Origin: Eukaryota sp. TZLM1-RC
Taxonomy: Eukaryota; Protista; Metamonada: BaSk clade
Direction: 5' to 3'
Assembly: GCA_040285825.1 (NCBI GenBank)
Contig: JAUPSS010000004.1
Coordinates: 1,902,550 to 1,966,549, forward strand
Length of the DNA: 64,000 nucleotides
Shown here: positions 33,848-44,794 of the stretch, piece after piece
How the letters are laid out: each line of letters begins with the position of its first letter
How positions within the stretch are numbered: the first letter of the stretch is position 1
Notes under the pieces: generated by a model
Seen by the model: only the letters and a program-made list of their open reading frames with translations
Databases searched by the model: none
What the model was told of the DNA's origin: nothing
Made by a program: the position numbers and the translations under genes

Positions 33848-35755
33848 ATGTCCGCAGACCACGTATCTCCTTCCTTTCAAAACTCTCGTCGATATTCATC
33901 TGTCGATAACTTTCTCTCATCTGGAACTTTTCGCTCTGATGAAGACCCTTCCCAGCTTCGGACACGTCTCAACCAAGTCCAACAAGAACTGATTGATCTG
34001 AAGAAACGCTATGCTTCTGATAACGCGTATGCTAGAACCAGAGTCAAGGAGTTTCAACTCGCTCTAGAAGAAAGAGACTCCATTATTTCATCTCTCCACA
34101 ACGATATAACTCGACTCCGAAACAGTGTTGACAATAGAGAGGATATAGTCAAGAAGCGTTACCTAGAGCAGATTAGCCAGTTGAATTCAGAAAACAGGGA
34201 ACTCAAGAATGAATTTTATGACATTTCAGAACTCAGTACGAAACTTCAACACACAACTAATGCCGCGGAGTGCTTAAGGAAGGAAGTCGGCGAATTGAAA
34301 ACATTATTAAGAAAAAGAGAAGAAGAGAATTCCAATTTAATTGTTGAAAATGAAGAATTAAAAACTAATAGACTCAAGTCTGAAGATCTTATCAAGGGTC
34401 TTTTGGCTGAACTAAAGAAAGTGAAAAGGAACAGTTTTGAATTATCAAATCAGAAACACTTATTAACCCAATTCATTAATAGTTCTTCTCTTTTTACCTC
34501 TGTTTTTAATAACTTTTTGGTTGAATTAAATGGTAAACCTCAAGAAAGTTGTCGTAAAATCACCTTAAAGTCAGTCGCCATTGGAGTTTACGCAGCAGTT
34601 GTTCTTTCTAAAGGAAACAGGCAAGCAGTCAGTCAAATTGATGTTACCAGTGAATCACTTGCCTCTATTTTGAACTCTGGTCAAGAAAATTCTCGCATTT
34701 TGAACCAAATTCTTCAACTTTCAAAGGGTCATTATTTGAGACTTGGATTCAGTTCTCGATTCACAAGTTCGAACCAGTTCAAAATTCAAGACATTTTGAG
34801 CTCAATCAAATCACTAAGGTCAAAACTCTTGACCAGTGAAGACCAAGTTTCTTCTCTCTTAGCGCAGTTATCTGAAGAACAATCACTATTATCTTTTGAA
34901 AAACAACGTACTGTCTCTTTAGCGGCTTCCTTGGCAAAATCACAAGAATTAGCCAATCATCTGTCCAAAAATATAGAGAAGTTACAAAATGAACAATCAA
35001 ATTCGTGTCCTCTCGACAAGTATAATGAACTGGTTGCCGTCTGTCATGATCTCGAATCCCAAAATTCTAAATTGTCATCAGAAACAGGTCAATTAGCTTC
35101 AAATATTTCAGTTATGGAAGCCGAAATTAATGCTCAAAAAACGGTCATTGAACAAGAACAGGAGAGTAAAAACACTTTGCTAAATAAAATTAAAGAATAT
35201 GAATCAAGAATTTCCCAACTTGATACTACCGTCACCTCACTTGAGCACCACACAGATAACCTAATGGCCAAGTGTCTAGGGTCTGAAGAAGAAGTAGCCA
35301 AATATTCATCTTCTAACGAGGTGTTAACAGAGCAACTGAACGAGAGATCGAAAATGATTGAAGAGCTTAAAAATGAGCTGTCAGTCGTCAAAAGTCGTTT
35401 GACTTCTACTGACCAGGAAATCCTAAACAGAGACCAGAAAATTAAGATGTTGTCTTCGATACTTGATCAAAAAACACGTGATCTCGACATCACCAATGAT
35501 CTTTTGGAGAAGAAATCTCAAGAACTTGAGCAAGCTATTGATATGACCAGATCGTTAAGCCAGGCATCACGGAAATATGCAAAAATTTCCCCAAGCACCC
35601 CCCAAAGTAATGTTTTTTCTACCAAGGATTCTTTTGTTTCTCCCACTGATGATGCATATACAGAGCGTATCCCTGCTTCTAATGATTTCAAAGATGATTC
35701 TCTATGTGAAGAGGTAGAAGAATTAAAAAGACTGGTTAAGAGTGTGGATTGGTAG
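33848..35755 (+). CDS. Coiled-coil protein of unknown function
   Basis: 635-aa ORF rich in heptad E/K/L/Q. Confidence 0.75.
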   Translation: MSADHVSPSFQNSRRYSSVDNFLSSGTFRSDEDPSQLRTRLNQVQQELIDLKKRYASDNAYARTRVKEFQLALEERDSIISSLHNDITRLRNSVDNREDIVKKRYLEQISQLNSENRELKNEFYDISELSTKLQHTTNAAECLRKEVGELKTLLRKREEENSNLIVENEELKTNRLKSEDLIKGLLAELKKVKRNSFELSNQKHLLTQFINSSSLFTSVFNNFLVELNGKPQESCRKITLKSVAIGVYAAVVLSKGNRQAVSQIDVTSESLASILNSGQENSRILNQILQLSKGHYLRLGFSSRFTSSNQFKIQDILSSIKSLRSKLLTSEDQVSSLLAQLSEEQSLLSFEKQRTVSLAASLAKSQELANHLSKNIEKLQNEQSNSCPLDKYNELVAVCHDLESQNSKLSSETGQLASNISVMEAEINAQKTVIEQEQESKNTLLNKIKEYESRISQLDTTVTSLEHHTDNLMAKCLGSEEEVAKYSSSNEVLTEQLNERSKMIEELKNELSVVKSRLTSTDQEILNRDQKIKMLSSILDQKTRDLDITNDLLEKKSQELEQAIDMTRSLSQASRKYAKISPSTPQSNVFSTKDSFVSPTDDAYTERIPASNDFKDDSLCEEVEELKRLVKSVDW

Positions 35756-36530
35756 CTTGGGTTGTACTCTCAGCCGATTTTGTGATTTCTTCTGTATTTA
35801 ATTAATAAAAATGTAAATTATTAGAAAGTATTAGATTGTTGTTTTAAATATTCATCAGACAATTATTCCAATTATTCCTAATGAATCAACCCCTGAATTC
35901 AATAATTCAAAACAAGGTTAAACCACTTTAATTAATTAATTAGGAAGATATTGCATCCATAATACTTCAGACTCTTAAGTAATACTCCATCTAATTCAAA
36001 AGATTTTTTTAAAAAGAGTCATGCTAAACAATATAAAAACCAATGAAAGCCAGTTTTCATTATTTAAATCACCCTCGCTAATGTTTGTTATTTCTCCATT
36101 TCGTTTTTGCATTTCTATAGTTATTTTGATTTCAACGTTTGGGTGTCAAAGGACACGGTTAGAAAACATCTCAAACGCTATTAATTATGTAGCTCCTTCA
36201 TAAAAATATGAAGTGTTTCTGTTAAACATTAGAAATCTATCAACCATGTTGTAGAGGTGGACAATACTGAATCCAAACGTTGTCAAAAAACATCGTAGAT
36301 GAAGATGTTATTGAAACAACTTTTTCTTAAAGATGATGATTATGAATGTAGTGATGAGTGTAAAAAATTAAGCTGCCGTTTTTGATAAGATTTATGTGGT
36401 AGACGATGATGATGTGGGAGTCGAAAATAATGAACATATCATAGAAAAAGAGCAATAATAGAAATAAGAGAAACAAATTAGAAATGAAAAATAATCCAAA
36501 TGTGATACTGGCATAATTTGTTATCAACAG

Positions 36531-39500
36531 ATGCCCCACATCGACAACCCCTCAGTTCCAAAAATACTACTTGCTGCTTCTACAGGGGATAAGCGTCTGG
36601 TTACAGAACTTCTATCTCTAGGCCATTCTATATCTTCAACTGATGATAATGGACGTACAGCACTACACTACGCTTCTTCTGAAAATCATTCTGATCTCAT
36701 CCCTCTTCTTCTCTCTCCCAAATACTCTAAATCCGCTGATCCAGACCCTCAGGACAATTCTGGCATTACACCGTTGCATATTGCATGTAGAGATGGTCAT
36801 ATTCAAACTGTCAAAGCTCTGGCCAATGCTGGCTGTGACCTCAACGTTAGAGACAATCGTGGTTTTTCTCCTCTACACTTTGCTTGTTCTGGACCAGAAC
36901 TCTCTCTCCCAGTATTGGACTTTCTAATTGACAACATCTACATCAACGTTAGAGAAGCTGTGGGCAACACCCCTCTTCATCTGGCTGTTTCCCAATCCAA
37001 TATTAACCTAGTCACACACTTACTTGCACAGGGAGCTTCTCCAAATGAGGTCAACCATGATGGGAGATCTCCTCTGCATTTGGCTAGTGAAATAGATGAG
37101 CCAAAGATTGTTGAGTTGATCGTTTCATGTGATTTAACCAACTTGTACCTTCCAACCAAGACTGGGGAGACGTGTTTACACGTGGCAGCTCAAAAAGGAA
37201 ACTTAGATAACGTGAGGGTCATTTTAGATTGCCAATCTGATGGAAAAACTGATAGCAAGTCTCTACTTGTCAACACCATTAATGAGCTTGATGGTTTTTT
37301 GGCTATTCACTATGCGGTGGAAAAAGGCTTTATTAAAGTAACTGGGTTACTATTGAAATACGCTCAATCAACAATCAAAAATGCACGTGATAAGGAGTTA
37401 AAAACGCCTTTACATCATGCTGTAATCAATGAGCATATCAATTTGATTGATCTATTGATCGATTCAGGAGCTGATGTCAAATCATTAGATGACCAAAAAA
37501 AGACCCCCATTCATTGGTCAACTAGTTTCAACTTTCATCACGTTTCCAAGTTGTTTTTAAAAGTCAATCAAAGTCAATTGGTTATTTTGGACTTTCAAGA
37601 TTCTTCAGGTAATACTCCAGTCCATTATTTAGCTCTCAATAACGACGAGGAATTAATTAAAAAGTTCTTTAAGTTATATAGCTTTAATTGCTCACTAAAA
37701 AATGAGGAAGATCTCTCAGTTTTGGATATTACTGCTAAGAACGCCAATCTTTCACTCCTATCATTTTTGATTGAGAATGCCACGTCATCAGATCAGAAAT
37801 CACAAGACTCTTCCGCCCTTATGCATGCCGCCAGGTCGGGTAGTGATGATTGTGTTTTAAAGTTGCTAAAAGCTGGATATTCTCCTAATTTTTTCAACAA
37901 TGAAGGTTTCACTCCATTACTAATTGCCCTTAAATGCAAATTTTCTAATATCGTGTCACTTCTCCTCTCCTTCAAAGTCAATGTTAATGTGAAGGACCCT
38001 GATCAGCTCACCCCTCTTCACTATGCCATCAGCAGTGGTCAAGGGGTGGTGGTAAACAAGTTGTTAGTCCACGGAGCAGCTTTGAATGGGAAAGAAGCAG
38101 TTGATGGTGATTTGACGTCGCCTCTTCATCTAGCAATCAAAGTAAGACACGATGGAATAGTACAAACTTTGCTACAATCAAAAGCAAGTACATTAGCCAG
38201 AGACTCTTTTGGCAACACTCCACTTCATTTAGCTTGTTCCAATGGTTATTCCGAAGCTGTTCCCTGGATAGTTCAATTTGGAAATAAAGAATTAATTAAT
38301 TCCAAGAATAATAGAGGGGAATTTCCTTTGTTTTTAGCTTGTAAGGAAGGGTTTATTGGCATTGTTGAATATTTAACAAATTCAAATGCTGATTGTTTAT
38401 TAAAAAATATGGATGGCTTAACAGCTGGTTTTGTTGCCGTCTTAAATGGTAGAAATCAAGTTCTTTCTTATTTAATCAAACACGAATTAATTGATGTAAA
38501 TGACAAGTACTTAACCGGTCTTAATCAAGAATCAAATTATCAATCATTTGAAGTCAATTCCGGACTTGTCAAGGGTGATACTCTTCTCCATGCCGCCATT
38601 AGGCAAGGTTTTGTTGAAACTGTTCAAGCATTAATTGACCACAAGGCTGATCTTTGCTCGACTAACAGAAGGGGATCAACACCTCTTCATGTGGCTGTTG
38701 AATTAAAAAAGTATGAATTAATTAGGCTACTGCTGTGTAATGGTGCCAATCAGTTCGTTGTAGATAAAGATCATGACATTCCATTAACTATTGCCACCAA
38801 GATGTCAGATCTTGATGCCATGGATCTTTTACTTGAATCGTCAGTCAAACCACCCAAAAAGTATTTGTTAAAAGCATTACAACTTGCTACTATTAATAAT
38901 GATGAAAAGGCCGCTTCTGTTTTGTTTTTGAGTGGAATTCAATCTGATGATGATCTTCATATGAGCAAAGATCCATTGAGGGAAAGAATCAGAAATAAAG
39001 GTCAAAAAGACCAGAATTTTGATGAAAATGACGTATCACCTCTGCATATTGCTTGCAAATTTGGTCTTGACAAAATAGTGGTTAATTTACTTTCAATATT
39101 TGGAGCCGATCCAAATTCAATCGATTCTGATGGCAATTCACCCCTGCATTTGATATCTCTTTCCGGTAATTATTCATTAGCTTTAGAAGTTTTGAAAAGA
39201 GGGGGTAATTTAAATCTTCAAGATGGAAAAGGAAAGACTCCATTGATGATCGCAGTCGAAAACAATCATTTTGATTACTGCTTGACAATCATCAACGAAT
39301 CAGAACCATTGATCAATGTAGATATTCGTGATGAAGAAGGCAACACTTTGCTTCATTACATCGCAATTTACGGTAATGATCAACTTTGTGTGAAACTTCT
39401 TTCAATGGGTGCTTATGCTAATGCTCAGAACGACAAGAAAAGAACCCCAGTTCACTTGGCTTGTTCAAGGGGCAATGGTTCAATTTTTCATTTATTGATC

Positions 39501-40922
39501 CGTAATTCAGGTGATTTTCTGCAGAAATGTGAAAATGGGGTTTCAGGGGTTCATTTTGCTGCTCAAAAGGGCCACTCTAATATCATCAAACTCATGGTTC
39601 AATTCAATAAAGAACTTCTTTCAGCTGATCACTTTGGGAACACATCTTTAATGTACGCAGCCCAGTCCAACGCTAAGTCATTTGGGATGATACTTGGTGT
39701 TGTTGAATCCCTTGATCAAGTGATATCCACCAACAAACAAAAGATGAACATTCTCCACTTTGCTGCTAGTGGAAATGACTCTGAAGTAGTAGACTTGATC
39801 TTGGCAAAGCTTGATGAATTCAACAAGGTTTTAAAAACAAATATTAAAGCCAGAATGCCTGAATTAATTCAATTCATTAATAATAAAGATGCTTTTGGAT
39901 TCACACCTCTCCAAATAGCTGCTTCTAAAGGAAATGATCTCATCTTGTCAAGGTTGGCAAGTTCTCCAAATATTGACATTAATTCTCAATCTAAAAGGTC
40001 TGGCAAAGTCACTGCTCTCCATTTGACTTTCAACGACTCTCTACTGACGAACAAAGACTCAGAAGCTCGGTTTTTCAATTGTAGGAAGATTTTACTGAAT
40101 GCTGGAGCTAAGTTAAATTTAGTTGATGCTGAAGGGAACTCTGTTTTGCACTATGCAGCAGAAAGAAAAGATTTTAGGTCTGCTTTTCTATTTATTTCTT
40201 ATGGAGCCGATCCCACAGTTCAAAATAAGTTTGAAAAATCACCGTTTATGTTACTTTCTCCCTCTATTATTGAGAAATTTTTACCAAGATGGAGAGAAGA
40301 CTTTACAGAGAAGGTTACTCTCAGGACTTTTGTTGACCAATCAAACATAGTCCCTGCTTCCTCACCAATTGAACTGCTACATAGATCATGTACTGGAAAT
40401 GTTGTAGATCGTGATGAAGATGGAATTGAAGAACTTTTATTATCAGAACCTGTCACATCTTTTAATTCTCTTTTTCAGCAACTATCTGCCCTTTATTGTG
40501 TAATGCTAAATTGTCTAAAAGAAAAGAAAACGCCCCAAAGTGGTTCCTTTTTTGCGTCGAGGTTGTATGACAAACCAACAATTGGTTTTCCATTAGTTGT
40601 TCTGGATAACTATGTTCCTTTTTCAAACGGTGATGACGTCACCAAAATAAAGAAGAACACGTTTACAGTTTCACATATTTCAGTCAAAAACGTGGGTGAC
40701 GGAGAGGCAACTATCAAATTTGTCCTTCCACCAGTCAATTCTTCTTTTCTTTTAGAAGTCGATCCCCTAGTTTGTGTTATTAAACCACGAAGTTCTACTG
40801 ATGTAAGATTTTCGCTAAAGATGAGACAATTGGGCAAACTACGAGACGTGATCTACTTGGATGTTTCTGGGGGTATGCGAATAATGATGCCAATCAGAAT
40901 TGATTGTTTGATTGATTCATGA
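36531..40922 (+). CDS. Large ankyrin-repeat protein with C-terminal Ig-like (ASH/MSP-like) domain
   Basis: More than 25 G-TPLH-A-type repeats; C-terminal ISVKNVGDGEATIKF...LEVDPLVCVIKPRSSTDVRFSL beta-sandwich pattern. Confidence 0.9.
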   Translation: MPHIDNPSVPKILLAASTGDKRLVTELLSLGHSISSTDDNGRTALHYASSENHSDLIPLLLSPKYSKSADPDPQDNSGITPLHIACRDGHIQTVKALANAGCDLNVRDNRGFSPLHFACSGPELSLPVLDFLIDNIYINVREAVGNTPLHLAVSQSNINLVTHLLAQGASPNEVNHDGRSPLHLASEIDEPKIVELIVSCDLTNLYLPTKTGETCLHVAAQKGNLDNVRVILDCQSDGKTDSKSLLVNTINELDGFLAIHYAVEKGFIKVTGLLLKYAQSTIKNARDKELKTPLHHAVINEHINLIDLLIDSGADVKSLDDQKKTPIHWSTSFNFHHVSKLFLKVNQSQLVILDFQDSSGNTPVHYLALNNDEELIKKFFKLYSFNCSLKNEEDLSVLDITAKNANLSLLSFLIENATSSDQKSQDSSALMHAARSGSDDCVLKLLKAGYSPNFFNNEGFTPLLIALKCKFSNIVSLLLSFKVNVNVKDPDQLTPLHYAISSGQGVVVNKLLVHGAALNGKEAVDGDLTSPLHLAIKVRHDGIVQTLLQSKASTLARDSFGNTPLHLACSNGYSEAVPWIVQFGNKELINSKNNRGEFPLFLACKEGFIGIVEYLTNSNADCLLKNMDGLTAGFVAVLNGRNQVLSYLIKHELIDVNDKYLTGLNQESNYQSFEVNSGLVKGDTLLHAAIRQGFVETVQALIDHKADLCSTNRRGSTPLHVAVELKKYELIRLLLCNGANQFVVDKDHDIPLTIATKMSDLDAMDLLLESSVKPPKKYLLKALQLATINNDEKAASVLFLSGIQSDDDLHMSKDPLRERIRNKGQKDQNFDENDVSPLHIACKFGLDKIVVNLLSIFGADPNSIDSDGNSPLHLISLSGNYSLALEVLKRGGNLNLQDGKGKTPLMIAVENNHFDYCLTIINESEPLINVDIRDEEGNTLLHYIAIYGNDQLCVKLLSMGAYANAQNDKKRTPVHLACSRGNGSIFHLLIRNSGDFLQKCENGVSGVHFAAQKGHSNIIKLMVQFNKELLSADHFGNTSLMYAAQSNAKSFGMILGVVESLDQVISTNKQKMNILHFAASGNDSEVVDLILAKLDEFNKVLKTNIKARMPELIQFINNKDAFGFTPLQIAASKGNDLILSRLASSPNIDINSQSKRSGKVTALHLTFNDSLLTNKDSEARFFNCRKILLNAGAKLNLVDAEGNSVLHYAAERKDFRSAFLFISYGADPTVQNKFEKSPFMLLSPSIIEKFLPRWREDFTEKVTLRTFVDQSNIVPASSPIELLHRSCTGNVVDRDEDGIEELLLSEPVTSFNSLFQQLSALYCVMLNCLKEKKTPQSGSFFASRLYDKPTIGFPLVVLDNYVPFSNGDDVTKIKKNTFTVSHISVKNVGDGEATIKFVLPPVNSSFLLEVDPLVCVIKPRSSTDVRFSLKMRQLGKLRDVIYLDVSGGMRIMMPIRIDCLIDS

Positions 40923-42032
40923 TTACTGGATTTTGGTCCATGTTGTATTTGTAACTTTCATTTGTATCATAGACATTGGAGGGAAATAAAAATGTTTAAT
41001 TTTTGTATTCTGGGGTGTATTGATTACTTATACATCTATTGAAATCTACATCAAAGATATCAATGTATTGTTCGATTGCTTTTTGTTGCTATTAATACCT
41101 GCACATGTTGTTTAATACATCAATCACATCATGTATGATTTAGTCCAAATGATTGAGGCTGTCCAAAGTTCGTTCGATTTAAAAACCAAAAAAAAAGAAA
41201 AATTTATGTTTGATAACCGTGTACAGAATCTGCACTGCTTCTACATAGTTAAGCCAACATGGACATTATGTTTGCTTCCTCAGTAAAAGTCTTGAAAAGC
41301 CAACGGTACTGAATGAGAAGTAGACCATTACCTTAATGGCAATGGTGCCATCTCCGACATTCAGTAATTAAACCTTCTGAAATCAGTAGTTTTGTGTTAT
41401 ACAGATATTCAATAAGTGGAAGAACGTTAGTTGTATCTCTCAATCTCAAAGGATGAAGCTCTTATGGATGCAAATGGTGAGTACGACATCTGTGGTCAAA
41501 ATTAAATAATCTATAAGAAATTCAATTTCTTGATTTTTGAAACACAGAACAGCTTCTCAGTGCATAACACTGCTATAATAAGAAATGTAAAATTGCATAG
41601 TCAAATTCTTAGAAGAATTGCACAGTCACAAGAGCTGGAATGTATTCATCTGAATAACAGTTAGGTTCGACTAGTATAGGAAAATGCACTCACTCAATCA
41701 AGTCTTTGCAGAAGATTGATTCAAAATTCAAGAAGGGAATAAGTATTTCCTAGTGTTTCAGTTAATGAGTCAACCCTATTTAGAAATTTCTTGTTTTAGT
41801 TGCACAGTACAAAGCAAATAGGATGTGTGATGAATAGTATCAATACTGAATTTAATTACAAACTATCAGTTGGAGCATGTTTTGAAGATATTGATTTCTA
41901 GTTTATTGTTGGAAAAATAATAAAAAAACCCAATAAAGGTTTTCAAAAAGAATTCCTGACAGGGGGGCAAGACAATCGGATATTTCACGGGTTTGATTTT
42001 ATCAAAGGAATAATATAAAGATGTACATAACT

Positions 42033-43778
42033 TCAATCAATTACTATACACTCTTCTTCTTCGAGTTTAACAAAAGAACCCAAACTGAAACTGTGAACCT
42101 TCCAAAAACCAATCATTTGGTCAATCAAACTGTTATCAGTCACGTCATCACGAAGACGTTCCCACCTTCTCCTTAGGGCAAGTGTTACATCTATAATTGT
42201 AACTGAATCATTCAATTCACTGCATTTTCTCAACACTCTACCAATCATTTGTGTAAAAACAATTTCAGATCTGGTCATTCTTGCAATCAAAATGCAATCA
42301 ACTGCCGGTAAATCAAACCCTTCTAAAACCATTCCGACTGTTACTAGGTAGTTAAAAACCCCCGATTTGAAGGCACTGATGATTTGACTGACTGATTGAT
42401 TGGTTTTTGAGTGTAACGAAACCGCCTTTTTGTTCAATTTTGCCAATTCTGCTGCTGTTTCGTCAGCAGTTTTAATATCTCTACAAAAAATAATGACCTT
42501 CTCTCTCAAAACAAAACCTTTGAATCGTTGGAATTCTTCAAACCAGCTGACAACATTAGAAATGTAGACTGGATTGACAATTTGATTGATAGAATTTGAT
42601 GTAGACATTGACAATTGTTTTAAAGAATGGGAAAGCTTTCTCAAGACAACATCTAGAATAACTTCTGTGGAGGTTCTAGAACGGTCAAAAGAAGTCACTT
42701 GACTTATTATTGAAGAATATGCCAACCGTGAAGGAAATGTCGTAGGCAAAACTTCCAAATATTCAACTTCAGGAAAAAGATTCAAATTTTTTGCAGAAAT
42801 CCATGTAAGCTCTGCATAAACAACATTATTGAAAATCTTCTTCAAGATGCTGCCCTCTGGGTCATTTCTATGTGTTAAAGTAGCAGTAAGACCCAATTGG
42901 TATCGTAATTTAGTTGATTTGCGAATATTGGACAAAATTTCATAATAAGTAGGTGCTATTGAGTGGTGAACCTCATCTATAACTAAATGGGTAATAGTAG
43001 AAACTAAACTAACCGGAAACTGATTCTCAAAAGATTGAAATAAACTAAATATGAATATTGAATCATCAAACCGCTGGTTTATTGAGCTTGAGTCTGAAGA
43101 AATCTGAAGAAAACAACGATCAGAAAAGTTAAATTTACCTTGAAAATGCTGTTTAAACTTGGCAAAAGCAGTGCTCAGAATGACACTTGAATGAACCAAA
43201 AATAGACAACGAAAACAGTACCTCCGAGGTTGTGGGGTCGAGTCCGTGCAAGAAAATTTCAACTTTGGGTAAATTTCATCATTGGTAGCGTCACTTGCCA
43301 ACAAATCATTTTCTAAATCAATAATGGATAATATAGTCTTCCCCAGTGCAGTTGCCAATACTAGACATCCAATAGAGCTGTTTAGGGATGTGCGGACTCC
43401 CTTCATGTGATCTAGGATGGCTCTTTGCAGCTCTGATGGTTCATAATATGGTAAGTTATTGGTAGGAAATGTTGGATTGAGGTGCTGAACATCATAATGT
43501 CCAAGAGTGTGGTAGAATGGTGTTTGAGGAATCAAGCAGAAGTTTTGCGATTGAGTAGAGGGGGGAGGGGGTTCATGAATTACCTCAATATCTGATTGGG
43601 AGGATGTGATACAGTCAGCCTCTTCACTGGAGGAAACTGTAATGGGTGATGGAGGCGGAGATGGTACAAACTTGTTGTCAAAGTATTGAGAAAGAATATC
43701 TGGAACTTGTGAAAGAAAGGATGCTTCAGCATCAGCATCAGCAAGCAGAGCATGTGCTAAATGAATAAAGCTAAACAT
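42033..43778 (-). CDS. SF2 DExH helicase, ResIII/IRC3-like
   Basis: LATALGKT, IDEVHH, GLTAT, EGFDLPAVDC, QMIGRVLR. Confidence 0.85.
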   Translation of the reverse strand: MFSFIHLAHALLADADAEASFLSQVPDILSQYFDNKFVPSPPPSPITVSSSEEADCITSSQSDIEVIHEPPPPSTQSQNFCLIPQTPFYHTLGHYDVQHLNPTFPTNNLPYYEPSELQRAILDHMKGVRTSLNSSIGCLVLATALGKTILSIIDLENDLLASDATNDEIYPKLKFSCTDSTPQPRRYCFRCLFLVHSSVILSTAFAKFKQHFQGKFNFSDRCFLQISSDSSSINQRFDDSIFIFSLFQSFENQFPVSLVSTITHLVIDEVHHSIAPTYYEILSNIRKSTKLRYQLGLTATLTHRNDPEGSILKKIFNNVVYAELTWISAKNLNLFPEVEYLEVLPTTFPSRLAYSSIISQVTSFDRSRTSTEVILDVVLRKLSHSLKQLSMSTSNSINQIVNPVYISNVVSWFEEFQRFKGFVLREKVIIFCRDIKTADETAAELAKLNKKAVSLHSKTNQSVSQIISAFKSGVFNYLVTVGMVLEGFDLPAVDCILIARMTRSEIVFTQMIGRVLRKCSELNDSVTIIDVTLALRRRWERLRDDVTDNSLIDQMIGFWKVHSFSLGSFVKLEEEECIVID

Positions 43779-43844
43779 TAAGTCATTGATGGCAACAAGG
43801 TATTGCCAACAGCTTCAATTCAAATTCAAAGAATTTGAATGCTA

Positions 43845-44588
43845 CACCGTTTTCCTAAATTAGTGTGAGTGTCAAATTAATGTCAGTGTCAAATTAGTGT
43901 CACTCACATTAATTTAGGTGTGGTGAAGTTTGAAGATGTAATGACATTAATTTGGTACATGTAATTATGTCACATTTTTTTGGTAATTCTTCCTTTTCGT
44001 ACTGTTGTAGCAAATTTTTTGATAAATTTTATCCCTATTCAGTTCTTGTCTTAATTTGTTCTTTATTACACAATTCAGATCACCTATTCTAACTTCTTTC
44101 GCTCGAATATCCAATATTCAGTTATCCAAACAGAATCAACTTGAAAAATTGCGAATGATTACCAAAAATGACCAAAATTGTTCTGAATCTGGAATGCTTA
44201 AAAATCCTGGTAAGGGATATTTTATTTTTTTAAACCTAGCAGCAACAACTATTGACAAAGTCAACGAGATCCGAAATGAAGCCGGTTTAACCTATAACAG
44301 AGTGACCATGATCCGCGTGATTTGCACTCAATGTTACAGGTCGTTGAAGAAGTTTGTCAATTGTCGCCTGTGTTGCAAAACATTGAGCGTTTGCACAAAG
44401 ACCACTTTAAGGGTAACCCAGTAGAAAATTTGTTTTTTTGGAAAATAGTTAAGCAATAAATTAGTATATCAAGTTGGTTAAATTAATTCGGAACTTTCCA
44501 AATTAATGTCACTATTATTAATTTGGACACACCTTAATTAATGTCAGTTCCAAATTGATGTGAGTGACATTAATTTAGGTAAATGGCG
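43845..44588 (+). mobile_element. Non-autonomous TA-flanked TIR DNA transposon (Tc1/mariner/pogo-like) with transposase C-terminal remnant
   Basis: TA-CACCGTTTTCCTAAATTA ... TAATTTAGGTAAATGGCG-TA (17/20 inverted match including TA); subterminal AAATTAATGTCA repeats; SGMLKNPGKGYF...VNEIRNEAGLTY...MIR remnant. Confidence 0.75.
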
Positions 44589-44794
44589 TACAATTTGTAT
44601 AGTTTTGTTAGAAGTAACATCACAAATACTATTTTTGCTGTCAACAATGAGCGTCAAATAATGAGAATGAAACACCTTTAAGCCAACGTTCATTATGTTC
44701 ATATTAGTGTATTTCGTCAGATACTAATGTAATTCTTTTGCAGTCAAGTTAACCTAATTTTTTGTTTACTCTGACTACCTAACAATACCTCACT

